DNA of 64,000 bases from Candidatus Multivorans sp. (GTDB lineage Bacteria; Acidobacteriota; Thermoanaerobaculia; Multivoradales; Multivoraceae), in assembly GCA_965247095.1 (NCBI GenBank), contig OZ251997.1, positions 1,152,001-1,216,000 of the forward strand, in the 5' to 3' direction. The notes beneath the pieces are model-generated. The model ran no database searches. It saw only the letters and a list, made by a program, of their open reading frames with translations, and was not told the DNA's origin. Made by a program: the position numbers and the translations under genes. The first letter of the stretch is position 1. Each line of letters starts with the position of its first letter. Below are positions 41,589 to 51,814 of the stretch, in pieces.

Positions 41589-44500
41589 ATGCGGAGCAAA
41601 GACCCGCGGCTGACAATCATCGGCGTATTCCTCGCCGCCGCGACGCTGATGCTTGGCTTTCCGGCGCCAGCGCACGCCCAGACCGTGCTCGTGAGCAACA
41701 CGGGCCAATCTAACGCCGGTCAGACACCCGTAGCTCCCAGTGATCATGCTCAGGGGTTCACCACGGGCCAGAATACACTGGGCTACTCCTTGACAAGTAT
41801 CGAGTTGGGCGTAGGCGTGGCTTCGGGTAGCGGAACCCTGACGGTAACAGTGAGGGGTGACGACGGATCGGGCGATCCGGGGGGCAATACGCTATATACC
41901 TTGAACAACCCGGCCAACGTGGCGGCGGGACTCCGAACGTTCACCGCCCCTGCCGGTGCCAGTCTGAATGCAAACACCCAATACTTCGTGCAAATGGTTT
42001 TCGCGCCTAACGGCAGTGCTAGTTACCCCCAATGGGACAATACGACATCTAGCCTCCAAGATTCCGGTTCGGCCATCGGGTGGAGCATCGGGAATGAACG
42101 CCACACGCGCACCCCGGGCTCAACCGGGTGGGGTTCGACTAATTTCACTGTGTTACAAATCAGGGTCAATGGGCAAATTCGCGCCCCGGCCGCCCCAATG
42201 AACCTCTCGGCCACGCCGGATGACGGCCAGGTCACTCTGTCCTGGACCAATCCGGCCAACAACACCATCACGAAGTACCAGTATCGCCGGAAAACAGACA
42301 CGGGGACCTACGGCAGCTGGACCGACATCCCCAACAGCGGTGACACCACGACCAGCTACACTGTGACCGGCCTGACCAACGGCACCGAGTACACGTTCGC
42401 GGTGCGGGCGGTGAACGCTGGCGGTAACGGCGCGGCATCCACCGTGACCGCCACGCCGGCACTGGCCCCGACCGCCCCGACGAATCTCGAGGCCGAGGTG
42501 GGTGACAGACGGATCGGTCTTACCTGGGACGATCCGGGCGACAGCACAATCGACGAGTACGAGTACAGCACCGACGGTGGCTCCTTCAGCGTCATCAGCG
42601 GCAGCGATGACGCCACGACCAGCTACACCGTGACCGGTCTGACCAACGGCACCCAGTACACGTTTGCGGTGCGTGCGGTGAATAGTACCGATGACGGCGT
42701 GGAATCCACCGTGACGGCCATTCCACTGTGGCCCGCGCCGACCGGTTTGGTGGCGACGGCGGGCCAGGGTCGGGTCACCCTGGAGTGGAATAACGGCCAC
42801 TCCGGCATCGGCGATTATTTTACCTATGCCAGAGGCAGCGACATCGTGGATAGAACCAAATTCCTTCCTCGCAGACCGGGTTCGACGACGACCGACATCG
42901 TTTATCCACTGACCAACGGCGTCCTGTACACCTTCAGCGTGCGGGCGCTGCACGGCAAGGAATCACCCACCGTGACGGCCAGGCCGGTGTCCATGCCGGC
43001 CCCGGAGAACCTCACGGCCACCGCGGGTGATGACCGCCAGACCACTCTGTCCTGGAGCGATCCGGGCAACGACACGATCTACAAGTACCAGGTCAGCATG
43101 GACGGTGGCACGACCTTCACCGACATCAGCGGCAGCAGCAAGAGCACTACCACCACTACCGTGACCGGTCTGACCAACGGCACCGGGTACACGCTGGCGG
43201 TGCGCGGGGTGAACTGGTGGGGTTACGGCGCGGCATCCACCGCGACTGCCACGCCACTGTGGCCCGCGCCGACCAATTTGGTGGCGACGCCGGACAGCAG
43301 CCGGGTCTTCCTGGAGTGGGACAGGAACCCCGGGATCACCGATTATCGGGTAGACGTCTCGGACGGCAGCTCGGTGAGCGTGTCGGCCGGTTCGGGGTCG
43401 AAGACAATCGCTGCCATTGACTCGTTGGCCAATGGCACCGCTTACACCTTCACGGTGCTGGCGACACAGGACTCCGCACAGGACTCCGCGGACAGCAGTT
43501 GGCCAGCCGCCGTGGATGCCACGCCGATGGTGGTCTCGCCGGACGCCCCGACGAACCTCTCGGCCACGCCGAGTAACGGCCAGGTCACTCTGTCCTGGGA
43601 CGATCCGGGCAACAACACAATCACCAAGTACCAGGTCAGCAGGGACGGTGGCACGTCCTTCACCAACATCAGCGACAGCGGTGCGAGCACTACCACCACC
43701 ACCGTGACCGGACTGACCAACGGCATCCTGTACACGTTTGCGGTGCGTGCCGAGAACGCTTCCGGTCGCGGCTTGGCAGCCACCACGACCGCCACGCCGG
43801 TCAACGACGCCCCCACGGCTTCCGCCAAGACGGTGTCCACGGACGAGGACACGGCGTACACCTTTAAGGGGGCGGACTTCGGCTTCACGAGCGTCAAATC
43901 CGGCGCCACGCTGAACCACATGAAGATCACTGCACTGCCCGGGGCGGACAAGGGGACGCTGTCGGTTGGCGGCACGGCCATCACCGGTGTCACCACGCCC
44001 AGGCAGGTGACAAAGACCGGGCTCGATGCCGGCAATCTCACGTACACCCCGCCGGCCAACGCCAACGGCGCCGCTTTCGCGACGTTCGCCTTCAAGGTCA
44101 ATGACGGCGTGGCCGATAGCGACATGGCATACACCATCACCATTAACGTGAATGCCGTGAACGACCCCCTCACGGGTTCCGATAAGACGGTGTCCACGGA
44201 CGAGGACACGGCGTACATCTTTAAGGAGGCGGACTTCGCCTTCTCGGACGTCGACGCCGGCGCCACGCTGGGGCACGTGAAGATCACCTCACTGCCCGGG
44301 TCGAACCAGGGGACGCTGTCGGTTGGCGACACACCCATCGCCAGCGTCAGCCCACCCCTCCAGGTGACGAAGGACGAGCTCGGCACTCTCACGTACACTC
44401 CGCCAACCAACGCCTTCGGCGCCGCTTTCGCGACGTTCAACTTCAAGGTCAGTGACGGCACGGACGACAGCGACAAGGCATACACCATCACCATTGACGT

Positions 44501-47500
44501 GAATGCCGTGAACGACCCGCCGGTGGCGGTGACTGACAACGCCGAGACCAGCGAGGACATTCCCGTCGTCATTGGCGTGTTGGAAAACGACTCGGACGTG
44601 GACCCGGGGACTGCCCTCCGCGTGGTCGAGGTGGGGTTTCCGACGGCCCCAACTAAGGGGACCGCCGAGATCGACCCCAACAACACCACCGTCACCTATA
44701 CGCCCAACGCCAACGTCACCGGCACCGACACGTTTAGCTACGCCGTCACGGACGGGTTCGACACGAGCAACGTAGAGGTGGCCGTGGAGATCCTTGGCAG
44801 CGGCACCAACGCGAACCTGTCGAACCTGACCCTCTCGTCGGGGACGCTGATGCCGGATTTCGCCGCGACGACCATGAGCTACGAGGTCGACGTGGAGGCC
44901 CCTACAGACAGTGTGAGGGTGACGCCGACGACGGCAGACGCCCAAGCAACGGTGACGGTGAACGGCACGCCGGTGGACAGTGGAACTGCCAGCGGCGACA
45001 TTGCCCTGACCGAGAATAACGTGACCCGCATCACGGTGGCGGTGACGGCCGCGGACGGGACGCCCACCCAGACCACCACCATCGACGTGACCCGACCGCT
45101 CAGCGACAACGCGAACCTGTCAGGACTGACCATCTCATCGGGGACGCTGACGCCGGTGTTCGCCGTGGGCACCACGGATTATACGGTCGACGTCGGGAAC
45201 GCCGTGGACAGTGTGACGGTGACGCCGGCCACGGAGCACGCCGGCGCGACGGTGACGGTCAACGGCACGCCGGTTGCCAGTGGGAGTGCGAGCGGCGACA
45301 TCGCCCTGATCGAGGGTGACACGACCACCATCGCAGTCGTAGTGACGGCCGCGGACGGGGTGACCACCAAGGCCTACGCCATCGAGATCCGACGAGCCGC
45401 GCTGAGCGATGACGCCAGCCCGACGGTGGAGATCACGACGGAGGCTGCGGCCCCGGTAACGGGAGCGTTCAGGGTAACGATCACCTTTAGCGAGGAGGTG
45501 ACGGGTTTCCAGCAGAGCGAGATCACGGTGACGAATGGGACGGTAAGCAGCTTCAGCGGGTCGGGGACGAGCTACACAGTCGAGATCACCCCCTCGGAGA
45601 ACGGTGAGGTGACCGTAGAGGTTGGTGCGGACGTGGCCGAGGACGAGGCCGGCAACGGCAACCGGGCGGCGGAGCCTCTGGTGATCGAGGCGGATCTGAC
45701 GGGACCGGAAGTGGAGATCACCAGCGAGGCCATGGGAGCGGTGAACGGCGCGTTCGAGGTGACGATCACCTTTAGTGATGCGGTGACGGGTTTCGAGCAG
45801 AGCGAGATCACGGTGACGAATGGGACGGTAAGCAGCTTCAGCGGGTCGGGGACGAGCTACACAGTCGAGATCACCCCCTCGGAGAACGGTGAGGTGACCG
45901 TAGAGGTTGGTGCGGACGTGGCCGAGGACGAGGCCGGCAACGGCAACCGGGCGGCGGAGCCTCTGGTGATCGAGGCGGATCTGATGGGACCGGAAGTGGA
46001 GATCACCAGCGAGGCCACGGGACCGGTGAGCGGCGCATTCGAGGTGACCATCCGTTTCGACGAGTCGACGGAGGGCTTTGAACTGGAAGATGTCGAGGTC
46101 AGCAACGGGACGGCGTCGAACTTCAACGAGGTGTCCTCACGGACTTACACGGTGACGATCACGCCGGACGCAACAGGTGAGGTCAGGGTGGAAGTGGCCG
46201 CCGGAGTAGCCGAGGACAAGTTCGGCAATGCCAACGAGGCAGCGGAGCCGTTCATCATCGAGGTAGACCTGGAGCGGCCGCAGGTAACGATCGCAGGCCC
46301 TACGGAGCCGGTGGGAATGGCGGGGTTCGAAGTGACGATCACCTTCTCGGAGCCGGTGGAGGGTTTTGAGTCGGAAGATATCCAGGTCAGCAACGCGAAG
46401 GTCGCCGAGTTCACCGAGGTGTCATCGAGTGAGTATCAAGCCACGATCAAGCCGGCGAAGGCGGGGCGGACGGTCGTTGTGGAAGTGCCCGAGGCCGTTG
46501 CCGAGGACGTGGCGGGCAACGGCAATGAGGCGGCGGAGCCGTTCGAGGTGGAGGCGAAGCTGGCGGTGAGCTACGAGCAGGAGAGCTACACGGCACTCGA
46601 AGGCGGGGAGGCGGTGACGGTGACGGTGAAGCTGAGCCAAGCCGGGGACGCGGAGTTGGCGATCCCGATCCGGGTGAGGCGTCCGGAGACGACGGAAGTC
46701 GGGGACTACACGGTCGAGGGATTGGAAGATTGGAATGCCGAGGGGGGCACCGGAACGCTCATCTTCGCGGCGGGGGAAGCGGAACAGGCATTGAGCATTG
46801 CAGCCGACCATGATGGGGACGGGGACGACGAGACGATAGAGCTTGGCTTTGGAGAGTTGCCGGAGATAGCAATGGCAGGGGAACCGGCCATAGCGACGGT
46901 GACGCTCGAGGACAAGGGGCTGGTGGAGCTTGAGGTGAGCTTTGGGCAGGCTGCGTACCAGATCAAGGAAGGCCAGCAGGCCGACATTGAGGTGACCGTC
47001 TCACCGGCCGCGGACCGGCGGGTGGAAGTGTCGCTCGTGGTGGCGCTCGAGGCAGGGACGACGCCCGAAGACTTTAGCGGGGTGCCGTCGACGTTGGTGT
47101 TCGAGGAAGGCGAGAGTCAGGGGACGATTTCGATAGCGGTCCTGGGGGACGAAGTGAACGATCCCGGGGAGGGGATTGTGCTGAGCTTGGGCGAGTTACC
47201 GGAGGCGGTCAACGAAGGAGAGATTTCACAGACACGAGTGAACTTCACGCAGCAGCGGACGGCGGAGCAGTTCTCGCGCTCCCTGGAGGGGATGTTGGCG
47301 GTGGTCGCGCGCTCGATGGGAGAGAGCGCGCAGACGGCGATCCAGGGTCGGTTTGAGCGGCATCGTCAGTGGAGTCGTCTCGGGTCATCGGATGGCTCGA
47401 TGCCGACACCGGAGCCGGGGAGCGGCGATGGTGCCGCGGCTCTCGGCCCCGGCGAATCGGAGCGGGTAGACGGCGGGGGCGCCGGCGACAGAGGAGCAGC

Positions 47501-49010
47501 AGGCTCGGTGGTGCAGAGCGCTTGGGGCGCAGCCAAGACCGGAGCAGCAACGGGATCGGGTAGGAACTCGGAGAATCGGGAGACAGGCAAGCGAGGATCG
47601 TGGCTGCGGAATGTCTCGCAGGGTTTGTTGGGGAACCTGGTCGGCTCCGGCCAGAGCGACTCGGGCTTCTCTACCGGTCTTGGTTTGGGGCCAGGTGGGA
47701 CAGGCTCCGGTCAGGATCGATTCCAGGGTTCTGGGACAAGGGACGCGTCCCTGAGACCGGGGTCGGCTCAGTTGTCCAGGCAGAGGGATCAAGCTCTCAA
47801 CCTGTCGGGGTTGTCCTTCGAGACATCCCGAGGAGAGCAGGAGCAGGAGAAGAGCTGGTTACCGGTATTGTGGGGGCAGGGGGATCTGCAGCATTTCAAC
47901 GGGGACTTGACACGGCTCGGGATGGACTATCGGGGAGGTCTCGAAGCGGCTCACGTCGGGTTGGACCTCTATGCCAGCGAACAGATGCTGGCCGGCGTGT
48001 CGTTCATGCACAGTTGGGGGGACCTGGATTACACAGACGATGGGATAGATGGGGTGCTAGAGAGTCGCATGAACACGGTGCACCCCTATCTGTACTGGCA
48101 GCCGAACGAACGGGTGAGCGTGTGGAGCATTGGAGGCTTGGGCCGGGGTCAGGTGGATATCGACGAGCCGGGCCGGACGCACGACTTCGACGCCGACTTT
48201 CGGATGTTCGCTGGTGGAGTGAGGGCGGCGTTGAGGCGGCGTGGCAACAGTGAATGGGGTCTGCGAGCGGATGCCTTCTCGGTGCAACTGGGGACCGACG
48301 CGTTGGAGGACATCGCCAAGGTGAGCGGTGAAGCTCACCGGGGCCGGTTGATGCTGGAATGGGTGCACGACAGGGAGCTGTCAGTGGGGAGATCATTGAG
48401 CCTGACGGCGGCGGCCGGAGGTCGCTTCGACGGCGGCGATGCGGAACGGGGCAGCGGCGTGGAGACCGGTTTCCGTCTGGGGTACCTGGATGCGACCAGT
48501 GGCCTGGACGTGGCGCTGCACGGCCGGGTGCTCGTGGTGCACGAAAGTGACTACCAGGACTGGGGAGCGGGCGTGCAGGCGAGCTGGGATCCGGGAGAAA
48601 GGCAGCGCGGTCTAAGGGTGTCCCTGAACTCCTCGCTGGGCCAGGACGGCGACGGCGGAACGACGCTGTGGGACAACGCGGACGTTGTGATACGCGAGGT
48701 GGGTGTGGGAGCGCTGGGCCTGGGTTCGCCGTATCGGATGGAAGGTGAGGTGGCCTACGGCGGCATGAAGGCGCGGGGCGTGCCTGGTTTACTAGAGCCC
48801 TATGGCCGCGTGCGATGGGCCGGAGAAGGTCGGGAGCTGAGCTTGGGCACCCAGTGGAGCCTGCCGATTGGCTCGCAGCAGGCCCTGCCATTGGTGTTGG
48901 AGTTGGAGTTGGAAGGCCTGATGCGCGAGAACGGAACGGGTTCGTCCGATCAGGCGGTCTTGCTGCGCATGTCGATCCCCTTGGGCGGCTCGCGGGACGT
49001 CATGCCTTGA
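41589..49010 (+). CDS. Giant modular surface adhesin / autotransporter-like protein (~2470 aa)
   Basis: Signal peptide ending PAHA-Q; about 6 FN3 repeats (GLTNGTxYTFxVRAxN); cadherin/Ig-like DED repeats; 2 NANLSxLTxSSG modules; about 4 Ig-like D-A-GN repeats; Calx-beta-like modules; C-terminal beta-barrel. Alternative TTG start at 41496 with AAGGAGG RBS. Confidence 0.88.
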   Translation: MRSKDPRLTIIGVFLAAATLMLGFPAPAHAQTVLVSNTGQSNAGQTPVAPSDHAQGFTTGQNTLGYSLTSIELGVGVASGSGTLTVTVRGDDGSGDPGGNTLYTLNNPANVAAGLRTFTAPAGASLNANTQYFVQMVFAPNGSASYPQWDNTTSSLQDSGSAIGWSIGNERHTRTPGSTGWGSTNFTVLQIRVNGQIRAPAAPMNLSATPDDGQVTLSWTNPANNTITKYQYRRKTDTGTYGSWTDIPNSGDTTTSYTVTGLTNGTEYTFAVRAVNAGGNGAASTVTATPALAPTAPTNLEAEVGDRRIGLTWDDPGDSTIDEYEYSTDGGSFSVISGSDDATTSYTVTGLTNGTQYTFAVRAVNSTDDGVESTVTAIPLWPAPTGLVATAGQGRVTLEWNNGHSGIGDYFTYARGSDIVDRTKFLPRRPGSTTTDIVYPLTNGVLYTFSVRALHGKESPTVTARPVSMPAPENLTATAGDDRQTTLSWSDPGNDTIYKYQVSMDGGTTFTDISGSSKSTTTTTVTGLTNGTGYTLAVRGVNWWGYGAASTATATPLWPAPTNLVATPDSSRVFLEWDRNPGITDYRVDVSDGSSVSVSAGSGSKTIAAIDSLANGTAYTFTVLATQDSAQDSADSSWPAAVDATPMVVSPDAPTNLSATPSNGQVTLSWDDPGNNTITKYQVSRDGGTSFTNISDSGASTTTTTVTGLTNGILYTFAVRAENASGRGLAATTTATPVNDAPTASAKTVSTDEDTAYTFKGADFGFTSVKSGATLNHMKITALPGADKGTLSVGGTAITGVTTPRQVTKTGLDAGNLTYTPPANANGAAFATFAFKVNDGVADSDMAYTITINVNAVNDPLTGSDKTVSTDEDTAYIFKEADFAFSDVDAGATLGHVKITSLPGSNQGTLSVGDTPIASVSPPLQVTKDELGTLTYTPPTNAFGAAFATFNFKVSDGTDDSDKAYTITIDVNAVNDPPVAVTDNAETSEDIPVVIGVLENDSDVDPGTALRVVEVGFPTAPTKGTAEIDPNNTTVTYTPNANVTGTDTFSYAVTDGFDTSNVEVAVEILGSGTNANLSNLTLSSGTLMPDFAATTMSYEVDVEAPTDSVRVTPTTADAQATVTVNGTPVDSGTASGDIALTENNVTRITVAVTAADGTPTQTTTIDVTRPLSDNANLSGLTISSGTLTPVFAVGTTDYTVDVGNAVDSVTVTPATEHAGATVTVNGTPVASGSASGDIALIEGDTTTIAVVVTAADGVTTKAYAIEIRRAALSDDASPTVEITTEAAAPVTGAFRVTITFSEEVTGFQQSEITVTNGTVSSFSGSGTSYTVEITPSENGEVTVEVGADVAEDEAGNGNRAAEPLVIEADLTGPEVEITSEAMGAVNGAFEVTITFSDAVTGFEQSEITVTNGTVSSFSGSGTSYTVEITPSENGEVTVEVGADVAEDEAGNGNRAAEPLVIEADLMGPEVEITSEATGPVSGAFEVTIRFDESTEGFELEDVEVSNGTASNFNEVSSRTYTVTITPDATGEVRVEVAAGVAEDKFGNANEAAEPFIIEVDLERPQVTIAGPTEPVGMAGFEVTITFSEPVEGFESEDIQVSNAKVAEFTEVSSSEYQATIKPAKAGRTVVVEVPEAVAEDVAGNGNEAAEPFEVEAKLAVSYEQESYTALEGGEAVTVTVKLSQAGDAELAIPIRVRRPETTEVGDYTVEGLEDWNAEGGTGTLIFAAGEAEQALSIAADHDGDGDDETIELGFGELPEIAMAGEPAIATVTLEDKGLVELEVSFGQAAYQIKEGQQADIEVTVSPAADRRVEVSLVVALEAGTTPEDFSGVPSTLVFEEGESQGTISIAVLGDEVNDPGEGIVLSLGELPEAVNEGEISQTRVNFTQQRTAEQFSRSLEGMLAVVARSMGESAQTAIQGRFERHRQWSRLGSSDGSMPTPEPGSGDGAAALGPGESERVDGGGAGDRGAAGSVVQSAWGAAKTGAATGSGRNSENRETGKRGSWLRNVSQGLLGNLVGSGQSDSGFSTGLGLGPGGTGSGQDRFQGSGTRDASLRPGSAQLSRQRDQALNLSGLSFETSRGEQEQEKSWLPVLWGQGDLQHFNGDLTRLGMDYRGGLEAAHVGLDLYASEQMLAGVSFMHSWGDLDYTDDGIDGVLESRMNTVHPYLYWQPNERVSVWSIGGLGRGQVDIDEPGRTHDFDADFRMFAGGVRAALRRRGNSEWGLRADAFSVQLGTDALEDIAKVSGEAHRGRLMLEWVHDRELSVGRSLSLTAAAGGRFDGGDAERGSGVETGFRLGYLDATSGLDVALHGRVLVVHESDYQDWGAGVQASWDPGERQRGLRVSLNSSLGQDGDGGTTLWDNADVVIREVGVGALGLGSPYRMEGEVAYGGMKARGVPGLLEPYGRVRWAGEGRELSLGTQWSLPIGSQQALPLVLELELEGLMRENGTGSSDQAVLLRMSIPLGGSRDVMP
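45497..46017 (+). repeat. Near-identical tandem duplication, period 285 nt (95 aa), inside the adhesin
   Basis: GAGCTACACAGTCGAG at 45569 and 45854; about 235 nt almost identical. Confidence 0.9.
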
Positions 49011-49622
49011 GGCGGGCCGCCCTAGGGACCCGGCGCCGCGACCCGCAAGGCAGATGCCGGCGCCTGCGGCCACTCTAGAATTCCCCGCCGAGCCGGTCGG
49101 CGCCCGACAACAGGATGCGCCGGCCAGGGCGCCACAACTCCATGAAATATAGTGGCTTATTCTCCACGGCCTCACGGTGAGTCGCGGTGAAGAGGGTAGA
49201 GCAAGAGGAGCCATTGTGTCCGGCTTTGACGGTGACGCGGGATAGCCTCTCGTGCTCGACCGTGGCGACGTAATAGAGATGGTCGACGTTTCCGGGGAGT
49301 TCCTGTCACCGAGCCGACGGGGCGCCGTTCACCGACGTCTGAGTGTGGCCCGCCTCTACGAGGAGGCGGTGCGGCGAAGCGAGGCGGCGATCGCCGCCGA
49401 AGGGCCGTTGGTGGCCTCGACCGGGGACCACACCGGGCGTTCGCCAAACGACCGGTTCCTGGTACGTCGGTCGCCTTCGGCGGACGCCGTTGACTGGGGG
49501 CCGGTCAACTGGAGGCATCGCTCGGAAACTGAGCCACCCAGCGCGCGGAAAGTGATCCACCCTCGGCCCTGACACCGGTAGCTTGGTCTTGTCTAGAGGA
49601 CCAAGGCGATCGGAGGAAGGAC

Positions 49623-51065
49623 TTGCTGAGGATGGATCAAGTGCATGTTATTCGGCACCAGGTGCTGGTGGAGGGTCGGAGCCAACGCTCGGTGGCCCGC
49701 GAGCACGGGGTGAGCCGCAATACGGTGCGCAAGTACATGGATCAGAGCGCGCCGCGGCGGGTGGAGAGAAAGCCGCGGCGCCGCTGGGTGACGGAGCGGG
49801 TGGCGCCGCGTCTGGAGGAGTTGCTGCGCACGTGGTCTCGCCGGACGACGGCGAAGCAGCGTTTGACGGCTACTCGTCTGCATCGCCAGTTGCTGGAGGA
49901 GGGCTACGAGGTCGGGATCACGACGGTGCGCAGCTACGTACGGGAGTGGAAGCGCCAGCGGCAGGAGACGTTCATCCCGCTGGTGCACCGTGCCGGCGAG
50001 TGTGGCCAGGTGGACTTCTTCGAGGTGACGGTGGAGGAGGACGGTGTGGCGCACCGGGTGTGGAAGTTCCTGCTGCACCTGCCGTACTCGGGCCGTTCGT
50101 TCGTGTGGCTGTACGACCGCTGCGACCAAGTGGCGTTCCTCGACGGCCATGTACGGGCGTTCGCTCACTTCGGCGGCGTGCCGCTGCGGCTGGTCTACGA
50201 CAATCTGAGTGCGGCGGTGCGTCGCCGGGTGGGCGGCGAGCGTCAGTTGACGGCTCGGTTCCAGGCTCTGGTGAGCCACTACCTGTTCGAGCCTTGCTTC
50301 GCCCGTCCCGGCGAGGGGCACGACAAGGGCAGTGTGGAGGCGCGCGGCAAGGGAATCCGTCTGGCGCACATGAGTCCGGTGCCTCAAGGGCGCAGTCTGG
50401 AGGAGATCGCGCGGTGCGTGCTGGCTTCGGTCGACATGGCGCACGGTAACCGTGCGCGGTGGGAGGAGGAGCAAGCAGCTCTGCGCGAGCTGCCGCCTAC
50501 CGCGTTCGAGGCCAGAAAGATGAGGATCGCGCGTGTGTCGCGCCAGGCGACGGTGCAGTTGTGCGGTGCGACCTACTCGGTTCCCTCGCGGTGGAAGAGC
50601 CTCCAGGTCCATGCCCTCGTCGGCGCCAAGGAGATCACCTTCACCTGCCGCAGCGAGGAGTACCGCTGCGACCTGGTGCGGCCGGGCCAGCGTCTGGTGC
50701 GCTACGCGCACTACTTCGAGGAGTTGTCCCGTAAGCCTCAGGCGGTGCGGCAGGTGGCCCCGGAGTTACTCGCAGAGCTCGGTCCGGCGTACCGCAAGCT
50801 ATGGAGCATGCTGGAGTTGCGGCACGGCGCGTTGGAGACGGCGAGGCTCTTCGCCAAGCTGCTGAGCGTGGTTGTGGACCACGGCAGCGAGGAGGTCGCC
50901 TCCGCTCTTGAGGAAGCCTTGGCCGCCGGCCGCTTCGACCTGCTGGGACTTGTCGAGCGGCGCTCCGCGCCCCGGATCGAGGTGCCCGAGACGCTCCGTC
51001 GCCACGAGATCGAGAGCGCCAGAGCCGCCGACTTCGACGTGCTGCTTCAGGAGGCGGCATCGTGA
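49623..51065 (+). CDS. istA: IS21 transposase IstA
   Basis: [34 protein letters not shown]. Confidence 0.95.
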   Translation: MLRMDQVHVIRHQVLVEGRSQRSVAREHGVSRNTVRKYMDQSAPRRVERKPRRRWVTERVAPRLEELLRTWSRRTTAKQRLTATRLHRQLLEEGYEVGITTVRSYVREWKRQRQETFIPLVHRAGECGQVDFFEVTVEEDGVAHRVWKFLLHLPYSGRSFVWLYDRCDQVAFLDGHVRAFAHFGGVPLRLVYDNLSAAVRRRVGGERQLTARFQALVSHYLFEPCFARPGEGHDKGSVEARGKGIRLAHMSPVPQGRSLEEIARCVLASVDMAHGNRARWEEEQAALRELPPTAFEARKMRIARVSRQATVQLCGATYSVPSRWKSLQVHALVGAKEITFTCRSEEYRCDLVRPGQRLVRYAHYFEELSRKPQAVRQVAPELLAELGPAYRKLWSMLELRHGALETARLFAKLLSVVVDHGSEEVASALEEALAAGRFDLLGLVERRSAPRIEVPETLRRHEIESARAADFDVLLQEAAS

Positions 51066-51814
51066 GTCGGGCCGCGCGCCGAGCCGTCATCAAAGAGGGC
51101 CTCAAGACGCTCAAGATGCCTTCCGTGCTGCGCGACTACGAGCAGCGGGCGCGTCAGGCCCAGGACGCGCAATGGGACTACGAGGACTACCTCTGGCAAC
51201 TGCTCGAAGCCGAGATCCGGGATCGTGAGGCCCGCACCGTCGAGCGCCGGCTGCGGGCGGCCCGCTTCCCCGACCACAAGACGCTCGACCAGATCGACTT
51301 CGAGGCGCTGCAAGGCGTCTCCAAACCGAAGCTGCGGGAGTTGGCCGCCTGCGACTACATCGACCGCGGCGACGATGTCGTCCTGGTCGGACCGATCGGC
51401 ACCGGCAAGACGCATCTCGCCATCGCGCTGGGCATCGAGGCTGCCAAGCGCCGCCGCCGGGTCTGGTTCCGCAAGGCCTCCGACCTCGTCCGCGACCTGA
51501 TCGAGGCCCGTGACCAGCGGGAGCTGGGCCGCCTCCAGCAGCGGCTTCAGCGGGTCGACCTCCTGATCTGCGACGAGCTCGGCTTCGTGCCCTTCGACCG
51601 CGTCGGCGGCGAACTGCTCTTCAACGTCTTTGCCGACCGCTACGAGCGCCGCTCGACCATCGTCACCTCCAACCTCGCCTTCTCCGAATGGGTCCGCGTC
51701 TTCGGCGACGAGAAGCTGACCACGGCCCTGCTCGACCGCCTCTCCCACCACGCCCACATCCTCGCCACCAAGGGCTCCTCCTATCGGACCCGGCTCTCGA
51801 GAAGCACCTCGTGA
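51062..51814 (+). CDS. istB: IS21 helper ATPase IstB
   Basis: [36 protein letters not shown]. Confidence 0.96.
   Translation: MSRAARRAVIKEGLKTLKMPSVLRDYEQRARQAQDAQWDYEDYLWQLLEAEIRDREARTVERRLRAARFPDHKTLDQIDFEALQGVSKPKLRELAACDYIDRGDDVVLVGPIGTGKTHLAIALGIEAAKRRRRVWFRKASDLVRDLIEARDQRELGRLQQRLQRVDLLICDELGFVPFDRVGGELLFNVFADRYERRSTIVTSNLAFSEWVRVFGDEKLTTALLDRLSHHAHILATKGSSYRTRLSRSTS

Noticed and set aside
42190-43800. Diversity-generating retroelement TR/VR pair among the FN3 repeats
   Set aside because: No reverse transcriptase in the window; the differences do not look adenine-specific and all copies lie in one coding frame
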